This document shows, one piece after another, positions 29,083 to 43,334 of a DNA stretch of 64,000 nt. A program made the translations under genes and the position numbers. Under the pieces are notes generated by a model, which worked only from the letters and a program-made list of their open reading frames with translations, was not told where the DNA came from and made no database searches. Positions within the stretch are counted from its first letter, which is position 1. Every line of letters begins with the position of its first letter. This DNA is from the human T2T-CHM13v2.0 reference genome, Homo sapiens: the NCBI RefSeq assembly GCF_009914755.1, contig NC_060947.1; one strand, written 5' to 3'.

Positions 29083-29437
29083 TGATATGGTTTGGCCGTG
29101 TCCCCACCCAAATCTCACCTTGAATTGTAATAATCCCCACATGTCAAGAGCAGGGCCAGGTGGAGATCATTGAATCATGGGGACAGTTTTCCCCATACTG
29201 TTCTCATGATAGTGAATAAGTCTCACGAGATCTGATGGTTTTATAAATGGGAGTTCCCCTGCACAAGCTCTCTTGCCTGCCACCATGTAAGACATACCTT
29301 TGCTTCTCCTTTGCCATCTGCCATGATTGTGAGGCTTCCCAGCCATGTGGAAATGTGAGCCCATTAAAACTCTTCCCTTTATAACTTACCCACTCTCAGG
29401 TATGTCTTTATTAGCAGCATAAGAACAGACTAATACA
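29083..29437 (+). mobile_element. MaLR solo LTR, THE1B/C
   Basis: tgatatggtttggccgtgtccccacccaaatctc...agaacagactaataca; perfect 5-bp TSD GTCAC (29078-29082, 29438-29442). Confidence 0.96.
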
Positions 29438-31129
29438 GTCACCGTCCTACCTCTTTCTCTATGGTGAAATATAAGTGCTAAGGCCAATCCTAAGCGTTGC
29501 CTCTTTTCTGAAGACCTTTTCAATTCTTCTAGTAGTTGGATGCTCCCTTAAGATTTTGCCGTCATTATCATTGTATTTTTCACATTGTAATGGGATAATG
29601 GCTTTTCCACACTGATGTCCTCAGTAGGCTTTGAACCCCTTGATACTAGGGATCATGCAATTCCCAGTTTGCAATTCCAAAGTATAGTTCTATTCAGTTA
29701 TCAAGGAGTCTATCAATGTATTTATTATTCTGTGTATAAACAGTGTGCTTTTTCAGTAAATTCTCTTGTGATATAACTATATAGACAGATGCATTCTTAA
29801 TATTAATTTAACTAATTTGTTAAATTTTATTCTTATCTTATGCTGAATAACCACAGTCAGTAAAATAGTTTCCATCAAAACAAATGCCTTTATGAAATGT
29901 GGATTATTTACTTGTTCATGTAGTGCAGCTGTTTTATAACCAGTGTAAAGAATTTAGTAAACTACCAAGGATATTTAGAGTGCTAACTTTATGGCTGGGA
30001 TTCAGTACTTGCATTTAATTTTTCCATGAACCATATGAACTCTCAGTTATGACTAGAACTAGCTCAGTCACTGGGTAACTAGGCATTTGCTTAGTGAGTT
30101 CAGGGGACTCTGAGATCCTGGGACTTGGAGGTATTCCTTACACGAGAATTAGCCTGTATGGCCATTTTCTTACTTCTGTATTTGTTTATCCCTAATGTTT
30201 AGCTGTACATGGAGCATTTTATCTCATCATATTTGATGGCCATCATGTATGAAAATAAGGCAAATTAAATATAAACTTTACTAACCTGAACTCTTGATCT
30301 GGATTTCTAGAAAGACTGGAGCATATTTTCTGAAAACAGATAATGTGGTAAAATATTCTTACAGGTGCTGATTTTAATGAGGCTAACAAAGTGAGGGCAA
30401 TTAGAAAATTTTAGGCATATATATGAATAATACATGTAAATAGTACTAGTAAGAGGCTCGAAGCAGATTAATATGTTAAGCAGGTCAAAAGATACTCTTT
30501 ATAATCTTTCATGGCATTTATATATTTGGTAATATATTTTTATAGTCAGAGACAATATGAACATTAGTCCAGGGAAGCCCTTATTTAAATTATCACAAAG
30601 TATAATTTTGAGGAGTTAAAAAGATAAAAACTAAGTATATTACAGTATGTTTGTGTCTACTAAAATTATAATAGTTTATCTCCACCTTCATCTGTTTTAC
30701 AAATGAGTAAATTGTAGAAAGCTGAGAAAATGTAGCTAATATCATACAAATGCTTAGAGTAACAGGTAGAATCAATACTTCCAATATATTTTAAATTAAC
30801 AAGGCTCTAATAAAATAAAAACCTGCCTAGTCTAAGAACCTTATAGAATAGCTTCTCAGAGCACTCACATTAGCCTCCTGTTAAATTCTTTAACTGTTAA
30901 TATTTACAGCAGCTGAAGCGTAAAGCATCCCAATGAATGAAATAGCATTATTTAGCTCCCCAAACAGTCACCTTCAAGGAGAAAACAAATCAGCCCAATT
31001 CAATAAAAATTAGTAGTTTTCTGTTTTGTAAATGTAATATGGAACATTTATTGGGTTTGTTCTAATTGACATTTGTGCTTGTAATTCCCCCAGAGAAGCT
31101 CTTTTGTTAAATTATTACGAAAGGCTACC

Positions 31130-31320
31130 GGGTCTAGAGGTACGGTGGAATTAGCAAATGCTTCAAAGACTAATTGGGTTTGAATACTGCTGTTCAGTAA
31201 TCTATTCACTGGGTGACCATGAACACATTAACTGACCTCTGTAAAACTTAGTTTATTTGCCTGTGAAACGGAGTTATAAAAGTATCTGACTTTGTTGGAT
31301 TGTTGTGAACAATGAGAAAA
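31130..31320 (+). mobile_element. MIR SINE
   Basis: tgggtttgaatactgc...ctgggtgaccatgaacac...cttagtttatttgcctgtgaaacggagttataa. Confidence 0.7.
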
Positions 31321-31599
31321 CATTTGATTTGTAGTGACATTTCTCATCTAATGACTGTGTAACCTTCATAAAGGTAGAGTAGTGAAAGGGAAGAGAAAAT
31401 TAAAACTGAGTCAGGTATTGGCTATTCTATAGGACTCTTCCCTCCTTCAAATGGTTTCCTCTCATATATAGAAAAATAGAACAGTGTTCAGATAATAACA
31501 TATTGCTTTGAATCAAAGATGCCAGTAATTGCAAAATATGTCCTAACTACAGAGAATTCAAATTGTGATATGATGTGGGTCTTGGAATTGATGATTTTC

Positions 31600-31762
31600 A
31601 TAATGGTTAATATATATTGAGCATTTACAATATGGTAGGTACTGTTCTAAATGTTGCACATATATTAACTTATTTATTCTTTATCTAAAAAATCAAGTAA
31701 CTATTATTGTTATCTCTATTTTGCAGATTAAGTAACTCCTCCATGAGCACTCAGCTAGTACA
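31600..31762 (-). mobile_element. MIR SINE
   Basis: atattgagcatttacaatatggtaggtactgttctaaatg...tattttgcagattaagtaact. Confidence 0.75.
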
Positions 31763-32054
31763 ACTTCTCCAGAACACTGAGCTATCGCTAAAGAGGAGCT
31801 GTGGACATCTAATCTACCAACATCAAGCAATAGCCACCACCAGGAGAAACACACCTGACCCTGTAAGATTCTTTTACATAGGAGTCACGGGTGCGGGGAA
31901 TTGAAGAAGGGGGAAATTGGGGAATGGGAATTAGTATCATTTTGTGTTGTCCATCATGCTCAAGTGCCTATTAAAAAGCCTGCTTATTTATTGGTAATGA
32001 CTAGTGTTAGAGAGTGCTGAAATAAATGTAACCTTATAAGTGACTTAAGGAGAC

Positions 32055-32356
32055 TTGAAACCGGGAACCATCACTCTCAGCAAACTAACACAAGAACAGA
32101 AAACCAGAAACCAAACACCTCATGTTCTCACTCATAAGTGGGAGTTGAACAATGAGAACACATGGACACAGGGAGGGGAACAACACATACTGGGGCCTGT
32201 CGGTGGGTACGGGGACAGGGGACGGCTAGCATTAGGAGAAATACCTAATGTAGATGACGGGTTGATGGGTGCAGCAAACCACCATGGCGCGTGTATACCT
32301 ATGTAACAAACCTGCACGTTCTGCACATGTATCCCAGAACTTAAAGTGTAAAAAAA
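32055..32356 (+). mobile_element. L1PA7/8-like 3' end
   Basis: ctcagcaaactaacacaagaacag...gaaatacctaatgtagatgacgggttgatgggtgcagcaaaccaccatgg...cccagaacttaaagt. Confidence 0.92.
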
Positions 32357-32434
32357 TTTGATAACTTTCCAAAAAAAAAAAATTATCCCAGTGAAGCCAA
32401 TCCAAACTTTTAAAAGTACCTCACTAAGGGGCAG

Positions 32435-32685
32435 TTGCCAAACCCCTGGCAATCACTAGTCTGATTATAGTTTTGCCTTTTCCAGAATGTCATATAAATG
32501 GAATCACACGGTATACAGTCTTTTCATATTGGTTTATTTCACTTTGCAATATGCAACTAAGAATAATACATGTCTTTCTTTGGCTTAACAGCTCATTCCT
32601 TTTATTACTGAATATTATTCTGTTGTACAGATGTATGATGACTTATTTATCCATTCATCTATTGAAGGATATCTTAGTTGCTTTT
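32435..32685 (-). mobile_element. L1MC/MD 3' fragment
   Basis: acccctggcaatcact...ttttgccttttccagaatgtcatataaatggaatc...atccattcatctattgaagg. Confidence 0.8.
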
Positions 32686-32926
32686 ACACATTTTCATCTA
32701 TGTGTCCTGTGTTACAGCCACTTCAAACTATCTTCAGGTCTCTGAATGTGCCGTGTACTTTAATTCTTCTGTTCCACTGACCATGTTGTTTTCTCTGTCT
32801 GGAACTTCCTGTATGCATCCTTTCACTCTACTGCACACCTCACGCACAGCCAGATTCTACTGGATGCCCTTCTCATATTCTTTTATACTATTGCTTATCA
32901 AGCTTCAATGTGCAATTAGTTATCCA

Positions 32927-33037
32927 CAGATCTTTTAAAAATGTAGAGCCTGATTCAATAGGTGTGCGGTGGAACTCGAGATTTTTGCATTTCTAAAATG
33001 TGCTGGGGATGTTGACGCCGTACATAACACACTGTGC
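32927..33037. mobile_element. MER5A-like fragment
   Basis: ctgattcaataggtgtgcggtggaactcgagatttttgcatttctaa...ggggatgttgacgc. Confidence 0.6.
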
Positions 33038-33417
33038 TATAATTGTTGTTTTCCTTCGTTATCTCCACCAGACAAGGACTTTCTTGAAAGTGTGAACCGA
33101 TATATATCCGCATTGAAGAAAATGGAGTCAATAGTTCCTCCACTTGACTTAGAAGGCCTTTAACAACCTTGTCCCAAACTAAATTTTCAGACCCATTTCC
33201 CACCACCCATTCCTTTCAGTCCAGCTGTTATTACTTGTCACACACAAGTCCCAATGTATCTTACATAAATGAAAATATAATTAATTTATAAGTTATAAAT
33301 CTCTAACAGGGCAAGTTGATGGGATACACATACTGTTTACTCATCCATGCATATATAAAGCAAGGTCATAGTTCTCCATTTTGATGGGCAAACCAGTTCT
33401 ATTAAAAAATATGCATT

Positions 33418-34099
33418 GTCAGGAAACAACAGGTGTTGGAGAGGATGTGGAGAAATAGGAACACTTTTACACTGTTGGTGGGACTGTAAACTAGTTCAAC
33501 CATTGTGGAAGACAGTGTGGCGATTCCTCAGGGATCTAGAACTAGAAATACCATTTGACCCAGCCATCCCATTACTGGGTATATACCCAAAGGATTATAA
33601 ATCATGCTGCTATAAAGACACATGCACACATATGTTTATTGCGGCACTACTCACAATAGCAAAGACTTGGAACCAACCCAAATGTCCAACAACGATAGAC
33701 TGGATTAAGAAAATGTGGCACATATACACCATGGAATACTATGCAGCCATAAAAAACGATGAGTTCATGTCCTTTGTAGGGACATGGATGAAGCTGGAAA
33801 CCATCATTCTCAGCAAACTGTCGCGAGGACAAAAAACCAAACACCACATGTTCTCACTCATAGGTGGGAATTGAACAATGAGAACACATGGACACAGGAA
33901 GGGGAACATCACACACCAGGGACTGTTGTGGGGTCGGGGGAGGGGGGAGGGATAGCATTAGGACATATACCTAATGCTAAATGATGAGTTAATGGGTACA
34001 GCACACCAACATGGCACATGTATACATATGTAACAAACCTGCACGTTGTGCACATGTACCCTAAAACTTAAAGTACAATAATAATAAAATTTAAAAAAA
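33418..34099 (+). mobile_element. L1PA3/4-like 5'-truncated copy (ORF2 C-terminus and 3' UTR); first module of a composite insertion
   Basis: ORF 33416-33874 encodes the uninterrupted ORF2 C-terminus ([19 protein letters not shown]...MFSLIGGN*); 3' UTR ends cctaaaacttaaagtacaataataataaa. Confidence 0.96.
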
Positions 34100-34185
34100 G
34101 AATATGTAAAATTTTAAATTTAAGGAGCAAATAATGAACAATTATTGTATTCATGTAATTTTGTCCTTAAATATATCAGTTGGCT

Positions 34186-34433
34186 AATTAAAAAAAAAAA
34201 TTACCCACACACACACAAAAAAAAGCCCAGGACCAGATGGATTCACAGCAGTATTCTACCAGACATTCAAAGAAGAATTGGTACCAATCCTCTTGACACT
34301 ATTCCACAAGACAGAGAAAGAAGGAACCCTCCCTAATTCATTCTATGAAGCTAGCATCACCCTAATACCAAAACCAGGAAAGGACATAACCAAAAAGAAA
34401 ACTCCAGACCGATATCCTTGATGAACATAGATG
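34186..34433 (+). mobile_element. L1PB-like ORF2 internal fragment inside the composite insertion
   Basis: aaaagcccaggaccagatggattcacagc...agacattcaaagaagaattggtaccaatcc...gatgaacatagatg; differs from the L1PA version at 55680-55900. Confidence 0.85.
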
Positions 34434-34512
34434 GTATACTACAAACATATGTAACAAACCTGCACGTTGTGCACATGTACCCTAAAACTTAAAGTATAAT
34501 AACAAAAAAAAA
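34434..34512 (+). mobile_element. Second L1PA 3' terminus with poly(A)
   Basis: acatatgtaacaaacctgcacgttgtgcacatgtaccctaaaacttaaagtataataac(A)n, near-identical to 34024-34085. Confidence 0.9.
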
Positions 34513-35596
34513 ATGCATTGCACACTTTTCAGAGAAGCACAACATTTAGTGTTTAAAATTTCCCTTTTCCTTCCTTATACTGAATGGGCACACACAGTGA
34601 ATGACAGCACAGAACAGAGTTTTCTAACAGATTTCCACATGGCTCTCCAACTTTTAACAGTGTAATTCTCTAGTCGTCCATGCTAATGCATGTCCATAGA
34701 AGAAACACAGCCCAAAACTAATTACCTAAGAAAGGAGGAAGTAGAAAATACTATTTGGAATAAAAAGACACTTAAACATTGAATATATTCAAATGGTTTC
34801 TTCTCAGGAAGGTGAAATGACTTCAAGTCCTGTGTGCTAACAAGGTCATTCTTTGAAGCTTTGAAAGTGAAGTGGTAATTCAATTTTCTTACTTTTCTGG
34901 ACTGTTGCATATCTTACAAATCTATTTTCCTCACCTATTTTTTCCCATCTTAACAGGATAAGTTAGTTTCTTCACATGTGAAGAGGTAATAACATTTCTT
35001 TCTGGAAAACTAAGGTTTTTATTTTATTTTTTAATCTTAGTGTGACATTCATCCCTTCAGTTATATATTTAATGTCCCATATATCTCTCAATAGAATGAG
35101 GCTGTGGTTGTTACAAGAGTGAAAAGGACAGAGTTGAAATGCCAAAAAGCAAAGGTCAGTGATATGTTGGCCAAGACACAAAATAATTTAATATGATTTT
35201 TCCCAGATGAGGGAGAATGGTGAAATGTGTGCAAACATCAATTTGCTTTGGTCAAGCCATTTTATAGCAATTCACCCTGTTAGAGACTCTTGAAGGTATT
35301 GTTAGTTTTAGGCCTCCACTGTTTGCCAAATACTTAGGTACTTTGTTTTACATCTATTGCTTAGCATGTTCTCTCAGATCAATATAGCAAAGGGACTTAG
35401 AGCAATGAAAAGTGAATAGCACTATCTTGGAAATCCTATGCAATAAAGGGCTGGGATTGACATAGATTTAAAAGACTTATTTAGTTATCCTAGGGGGTCC
35501 CTTATAGAAACAATTGCATTTCTTTCCACAATACCACATTTCCATTTATAAATTTCATAGAGTTTTTAAAAAGTTAATATGTGTAAATTTTGTTAT

Positions 35597-36050
35597 ATAC
35601 TTGTATGTTCATCACCACACTATTCACAATAGCAAAGACATAGAATCCACCTAGATGTCCATCAAAGGTAGACTGGATAAAGAAAATGTGGTACATAACC
35701 ATCATGGAACACTACACAGCCATAAAAATGAATTAAATAATTTCCTTTGCAGCAACATGGATGGAGTTGGAGGCCATAATCCTAAGACAATTAATGCAGG
35801 AACAGAAAATCGAATACAGCATGTTCTCACTTAAAAATGGGAGCTAAATATTGAGCACACGTGGACATAAATTTGCAGTGTCTATTGCACATGGGAACAA
35901 CAGACACTGCAAACTACTAGAAGGTGGAGGAACAGAGGGATCATGGGTGGAAAAACTACCCATTGGGTATTAGGCTCAACCTGGGTGCAATATACCCATG
36001 GAACAAACCTGCACATGTACCCCCTGTATCTAAAATAAAAGTTGAAAAAT
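35597..36050 (+). mobile_element. L1PA15/16-like 3' end
   Basis: tattcacaatagcaaagaca...ggaaaaactacccattgggta...tatctaaaataaaagttg; TSD about aagttaat(a/g)tgtg at ~35571 and ~36051. Confidence 0.9.
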
Positions 36051-37631
36051 AAGTTAATGTGTGCATTTTGAATGCTTAAAGTTCTTTTCCCTGTCCCCTA
36101 CCACAGTAATATTTTAAATAAGAGGGGCAAAATGAAAGATGTATGAGTGCCCCAAAGCAACCCAAATATTTATCAAGAACTTACAGAAATTTAATTGTTT
36201 CTGATATGGGCTTATCCTTATATTTCATTACTCAGTCCTTCTTTTATCCAAATTTTTAGCCACTATGAGATCTTCCTGGACCCGAAAGACTAAATTACCT
36301 CTTTCATATTATCTTTCTCTTTATATAACTCCAAAAACGTTTCTTCTTCCCTAAAGATGTGGCTTTGTTGTTGTGTTTTCTGACTATTTACATACTTGGT
36401 TTGGTATAGATGCTGTCAATTTTCTTCATAGCCAAAAGGAAGATAAAAGAAAAAGAAAAGCCTTCTACAAATCATAATTTATTTATAACCAAGAAAACTT
36501 AAACTGGGGACAAGTCTTGTTCACGTATGTCAAAAATGTATATTGTTACAAGCATAAGTAAATTTACATTGTCAGAAGAGTTTCAGTGTAAGAGAGAATA
36601 AATATTTACATTTGTTAGCTTTTCTTGGGGTAAAACATGGACCCGTTAAAAAAAATTGTTACAAAGAAGTGTTAAGGGTATTGTCAATTTGTACATATTA
36701 ATTGCATTGCTCAAAAATCAACAGGAAATTCTCTCATGTTCATTTAAAGAAGTTATCATAAGTGATACCACTGTTTAGCAAAGCAACTTGAGGTAGTGGA
36801 AGAAACACTGCATTGGAAGTCAAGTGATCTAGGAACATCTTTGCCAGTTTTTTGTTGTTTTTTAGAAAGCTTAATCATGGAACTAAGCATTGAATGAGAT
36901 CATGAAGATGCCAGATTTGTTACTGGGATTCAAAACATATTTCAGACTCTATTTTTTTTCTAGCTTATTTTTCAAATGTGTAATAGCTATCAGATACACG
37001 TAATCATTAGAAAAATATACACATTGCATGATGTAAATTTATCTTCTGCAACTTCTAATACAGTATTATGACTTTATTTTTACTCATTTTGCACAGGAAT
37101 TTTTTGTTCTCAAATTCAGCCCTATTCTATGATTCTGTTTATATGTTAGGACATCCATACTCAAATGTGTGTAGTGATAGGTAACAGAGATGCAAATAGA
37201 GAAAAAATGAAATATGCAGTAGTTTCCTACAATATATTATGGTTTCTTCTAATTTATAATTATATTACTATTTTCTGCTAATGTAATTCCTCTAGTTTCT
37301 TCCAAAGTATTTTCTGAAACTGTACTTCAACAATTATTATTTTATATTTTTCATATGATGCTCATCAAATTCTGACAGTGGTTTTGTTTATAATGGATTT
37401 TATTTTGCCAGCATCATTGTTTAATGATTGTATTTTGGTAACAAATAGTGAAGAGTATAGCAGAGCCAGAATCACAAATCATGCCTAAGTATTAAGTAAC
37501 AGTGGCCCTATAATAAAAGTTGATGAGAACTAATAAATTAAAGATAATAATAGGAATAATTAAAGATAATATTATTAAACATAATACCAGCCAGCAAAAT
37601 AAAAATTTAGTACCTCTTCCTTCATCACCAA

Positions 37632-37644
37632 ACACACACGTGCA

Positions 37645-37682
<38 letters not shown>
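37632..37682. repeat. (CA)n microsatellite, interrupted
   Basis: Read directly. Confidence 0.93.
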
Positions 37683-37684
<2 letters not shown>

Positions 37685-37710
37685 ATTTCCAGGCATATAG
37701 ACACAGTAAG

Positions 37711-37831
37711 ATTCCTTTATAATATCAATAGAATTCCTTTATAATATCAATACAATTATGGTATGAGTTTACCGTTACTTTCCTTTATAATATCACTAAG
37801 ATTATGGTATGAGTTTACTGTTACTCATACC
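37711..37831. repeat. Complex local duplication (A-A-B-A'-B plus inverted piece)
   Basis: A=attcctttataatatcaata at 37711, 37733 and partially at 37780; B=attatggtatgagtttac(c/t)gttact at 37755 and 37801. Confidence 0.9.
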
Positions 37832-38193
37832 CAGACTTTCTTTTTTGATTTTGGAAAGAAAAAAAGAGACAGAAGAAAGGTTTCCCTCTTTGGGATGATA
37901 ATTCTAAGCGTAACATATGGAATAGGTACAAAAGGAAAACCAAAGGAAATAGCTGTTTAACTTAGATTCAAGCCTTTTTTTCTCATTAGTCCCCAGTTTA
38001 CATGATCCTCTACGACACGAATAGGTCTTTCTAAAATACTTGTTCCGGGTGTCTTCTGTACCGCTGGGATGCTCCATTAGGCTATACCAAATGACGCTGG
38101 ATTATCACCCAGAATTCCCACTTACTAATATTGATCAGTTCATTTGTAGTCCTCTCTTGATATAGCTTCTAACGAGGCGTAAGTCCATATTAA

Positions 38194-38325
38194 TTCATTA
38201 TATTCACTTAACAAATATTTTTGAGCACCAAGAATGTGCCCAGCTACCGGTATGGTAGGTGCTGGTGACAAAACAGTGAGCAAAACAAAGGCTGCAGCCA
38301 CCTGAAACTTACGTTGTACTGACAC
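38194..38325 (-). mobile_element. L2 3' end
   Basis: attcacttaacaaatatttttgagcacc...gtgcc...taggtgctggtgacaaaacagtgagcaaaaca. Confidence 0.8.
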
Positions 38326-40034
38326 TTATAATAGGGATAAAGTAGAGTCCAAGTAACTTTCAGCTCTTTCTTGGCATATGGAAGGAGCAGCATAATCATC
38401 ACAGCCCCAGATACCCTCTCCACTCTAGTCTTGCAGGAAGAAGCTAACAATCATAGAAACTAGTGCCTGAGTTTACAGTTCTAGCCACTACTCTTGTCCC
38501 CAATTCCTTCCTGGTGGTAGGTTAAGGGAGAGAACATACTGTCTCATTATAGGTCCATGGATAGTTCTTATATCTTTCAAATTAGTCAATTTTCTGCCAT
38601 TGAAAAAATTCTCATTGCCTGATGTTTTCAGTCAGCCCATTGCCACTTTTCTAATATTGTATGTATTTTGTCCATACTTCTGGGATTCATTTGGTTAGAA
38701 AACCCTCACCAATATAGGAAATCATTCCATGAAGTTGCAGGAACATCATGATGTCTTAAAAATACTTCTGAGCACTTTTTAAATCTCTCATATACTTAAT
38801 GAAACTGTAATAGGCAATCCCCAGTTCCCATCCTGTCTCCGAATTCAGTAGAGAACTTAAAGTCAAAACAAGTCATAGAATAATTAATTTACTACTCATA
38901 AGGACAGATGTTCCTCATGGCTGACTCTAACTGTGTATATTTAAAATAATCAGGGGTCATTAAAAGGGTTCCACTAGCCTTCTCCAAATAGAGACCTCTG
39001 TCATTCTCTATCATGAAGTCAATGTTTCTGAACACTATAATTATTTTCATATTTTTGTTCTTCTTGAACACGGAAACACAAAGAACAATTCTAAGTTTTA
39101 AAAGTACCTTTCGATTCAAACCATAAATTCCCTAGACTTTTATTTTAGCTTGTAAAATGAAAGACGATGATCTCACAAATCTGAATCTGATCAGTTTATA
39201 AGTTTCTTTCACTTTACCCTGATTCAGGCTCCTGTTGGCCTTAATCTTTATTTTAAACACCATACTTCCAGATTTTACTTAAAAACTAAAATTAAAAATT
39301 AGATTTTTAATAAATTGGACATTTTTCAAAGATGTGAACTTAAGAAATATTGGCACCACTGAACCTTCCATAAACAATGGAACATACATTCATTCAATTA
39401 ACATAATATAGATGATGATATTATTTACTCAGAAGGATTGCTTACACATAATTATTCAATGTGAGAATAAATGGTAACATACAATTACTAAGGATACTTG
39501 CACGTAAACTCAACGTAAAAACAGTGGTGTGCCTATTTGTAACAGTTTATTATAAGTATATTAAAGTTTATGGTAATTGTGAATACCACACTGGCATTCA
39601 CAATAATAACAGTTTACGTTCTACATTCCCATACAGCTACACTGAGCAGCTAAACTTAGCTATAATCATTAGTATATTTGTAATTGACTTGCAAGTTACA
39701 GGCACATTTTTCCTGGCAGAAAATGCACCTTTCAGATCTAATTTTAAGAATCAGTACTACCAAATATGGGATTTATTCAAAGATACCAGGAAGATTCTTT
39801 GTGTCTAAAACACGCACCTCCATCCTTCAGAGGCCTGGATTTCCAAAATTATGCCCTATCTTCTCATAAGCTAAATCAAGATTTTGTCTCCTACAAAATA
39901 TCAAACATCTTTTGAAGAAAACGTATTAAACCCAATTGGTCAATAATAACATTGTGGTTAAGTTTTAAATTATTTTGTGTGTGATAGTTTGACTGTTACT
40001 AAAGAAAGACAACATCAAAAAATGCATCTCTCTT

Positions 40035-40200
40035 GTCCCTTGTACATATTAAGTGCTTAATAAATGTTTGCCTAATGAATTCAGTAAATTGTTTATTACC
40101 TGCCTGCTCCGTGCCTGACATCATACTAAGAAGCAAGAAAACAAAGTAATCTAAAGGATAATCCTCGACATTAAACTCTAGAGGCAGACACATGTACAAA
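40035..40200. mobile_element. Two L2 3' termini tail-to-tail
   Basis: Plus: gtacatattaagtgcttaataaatgtttgcctaatgaat; minus: attcagtaaattgtttattacctgcctgctccgtgcctgaca. Confidence 0.55.
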
Positions 40201-40520
40201 TAAGTGGATTATTCTAGCAATACACACACTATTCTACTGAAAAAAACATTCTTTTGGGATGGATGTCAGAAGAAATGGTAATTGATTTGGACATAGGAGC
40301 ATCACTGGACAGCTTTATGAAGACTCAATTTACAGTTAAAATAAAGACAATAATTCTAATGCTTATTCTGGCTAATTTTTAGATCTAAAACTTATGCTGG
40401 AGGAAACAGTGATAACAATGATTCATCTCAACTCTGTTGGTTTTTTTTTAATCATCAGATTCAACTTTGTAAAGAAAGCCCACCTACTTCTAATTAGCAG
40501 ATTTATACATTTTTAAAATC

Positions 40521-42235
<1,715 letters not shown>

Positions 42236-42864
42236 TACAATTTTGCTTGGAATTATGTTCCTGGTAGAGTTGACATAGGAGCTCAGGTATTCTGTCTACT
42301 CTAATGGTTACAGTCAGGTTCTTTGCATCTAATGGAAGGAATCACTATCTATTTGAATGGAATCTATTTTGGCTTCATATGAATTACAATTTTTCTCTGA
42401 TTGCAACTTAATACTAACAGATTATCTGATCCCATTTTTGTTTTATTTTTGGATTCTAAGTAGGTTAATCATTGTTACTCTTGGTAGTGAGTTTGTCTTA
42501 AAAATGAATACTACCTTCATTACTTAAATTACAGCAGTTGTGACCTCCTACAAGTAATTATTTTTACATTTGGTCAAATCCCAAAACTAAAGTCTTATTT
42601 GGATTTTTGCTGAGGTATTTTTATAAACATTAAATATTTTTGAGCAGGTTTATTTCAGTTTAAATTATTTCAAAGTAAACAAATTGGTATCAAAATGCAG
42701 CCCATATTAAATCTCAATTATTGAAAGCCATATTGGCAAAACAAATTAGTTCAAAATATAGAAAAGCTCTTCTTTGGAACATCGAACAGTTTTGTGCTGT
42801 TTGCCAATCTTGCTTTTCTGGATGAATTATCACAGATTGATGTCAGAATTCAAAGTCATTTTTA

Positions 42865-43334
<470 letters not shown>

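Noticed and set aside
33418-33433. The L1 at 33418 starts at the same L1 position (gtcaggaaacaacag) where the AluY inserted in the large L1 (~57648)
   Set aside because: Different subfamilies and independent TSDs; the A-rich endonuclease-like site explains the coincidence
37711-37831. Repeat-spacer pattern as a CRISPR-like array
   Set aside because: Primate DNA, irregular units, the 'spacers' are themselves repeated, and there are no cas genes
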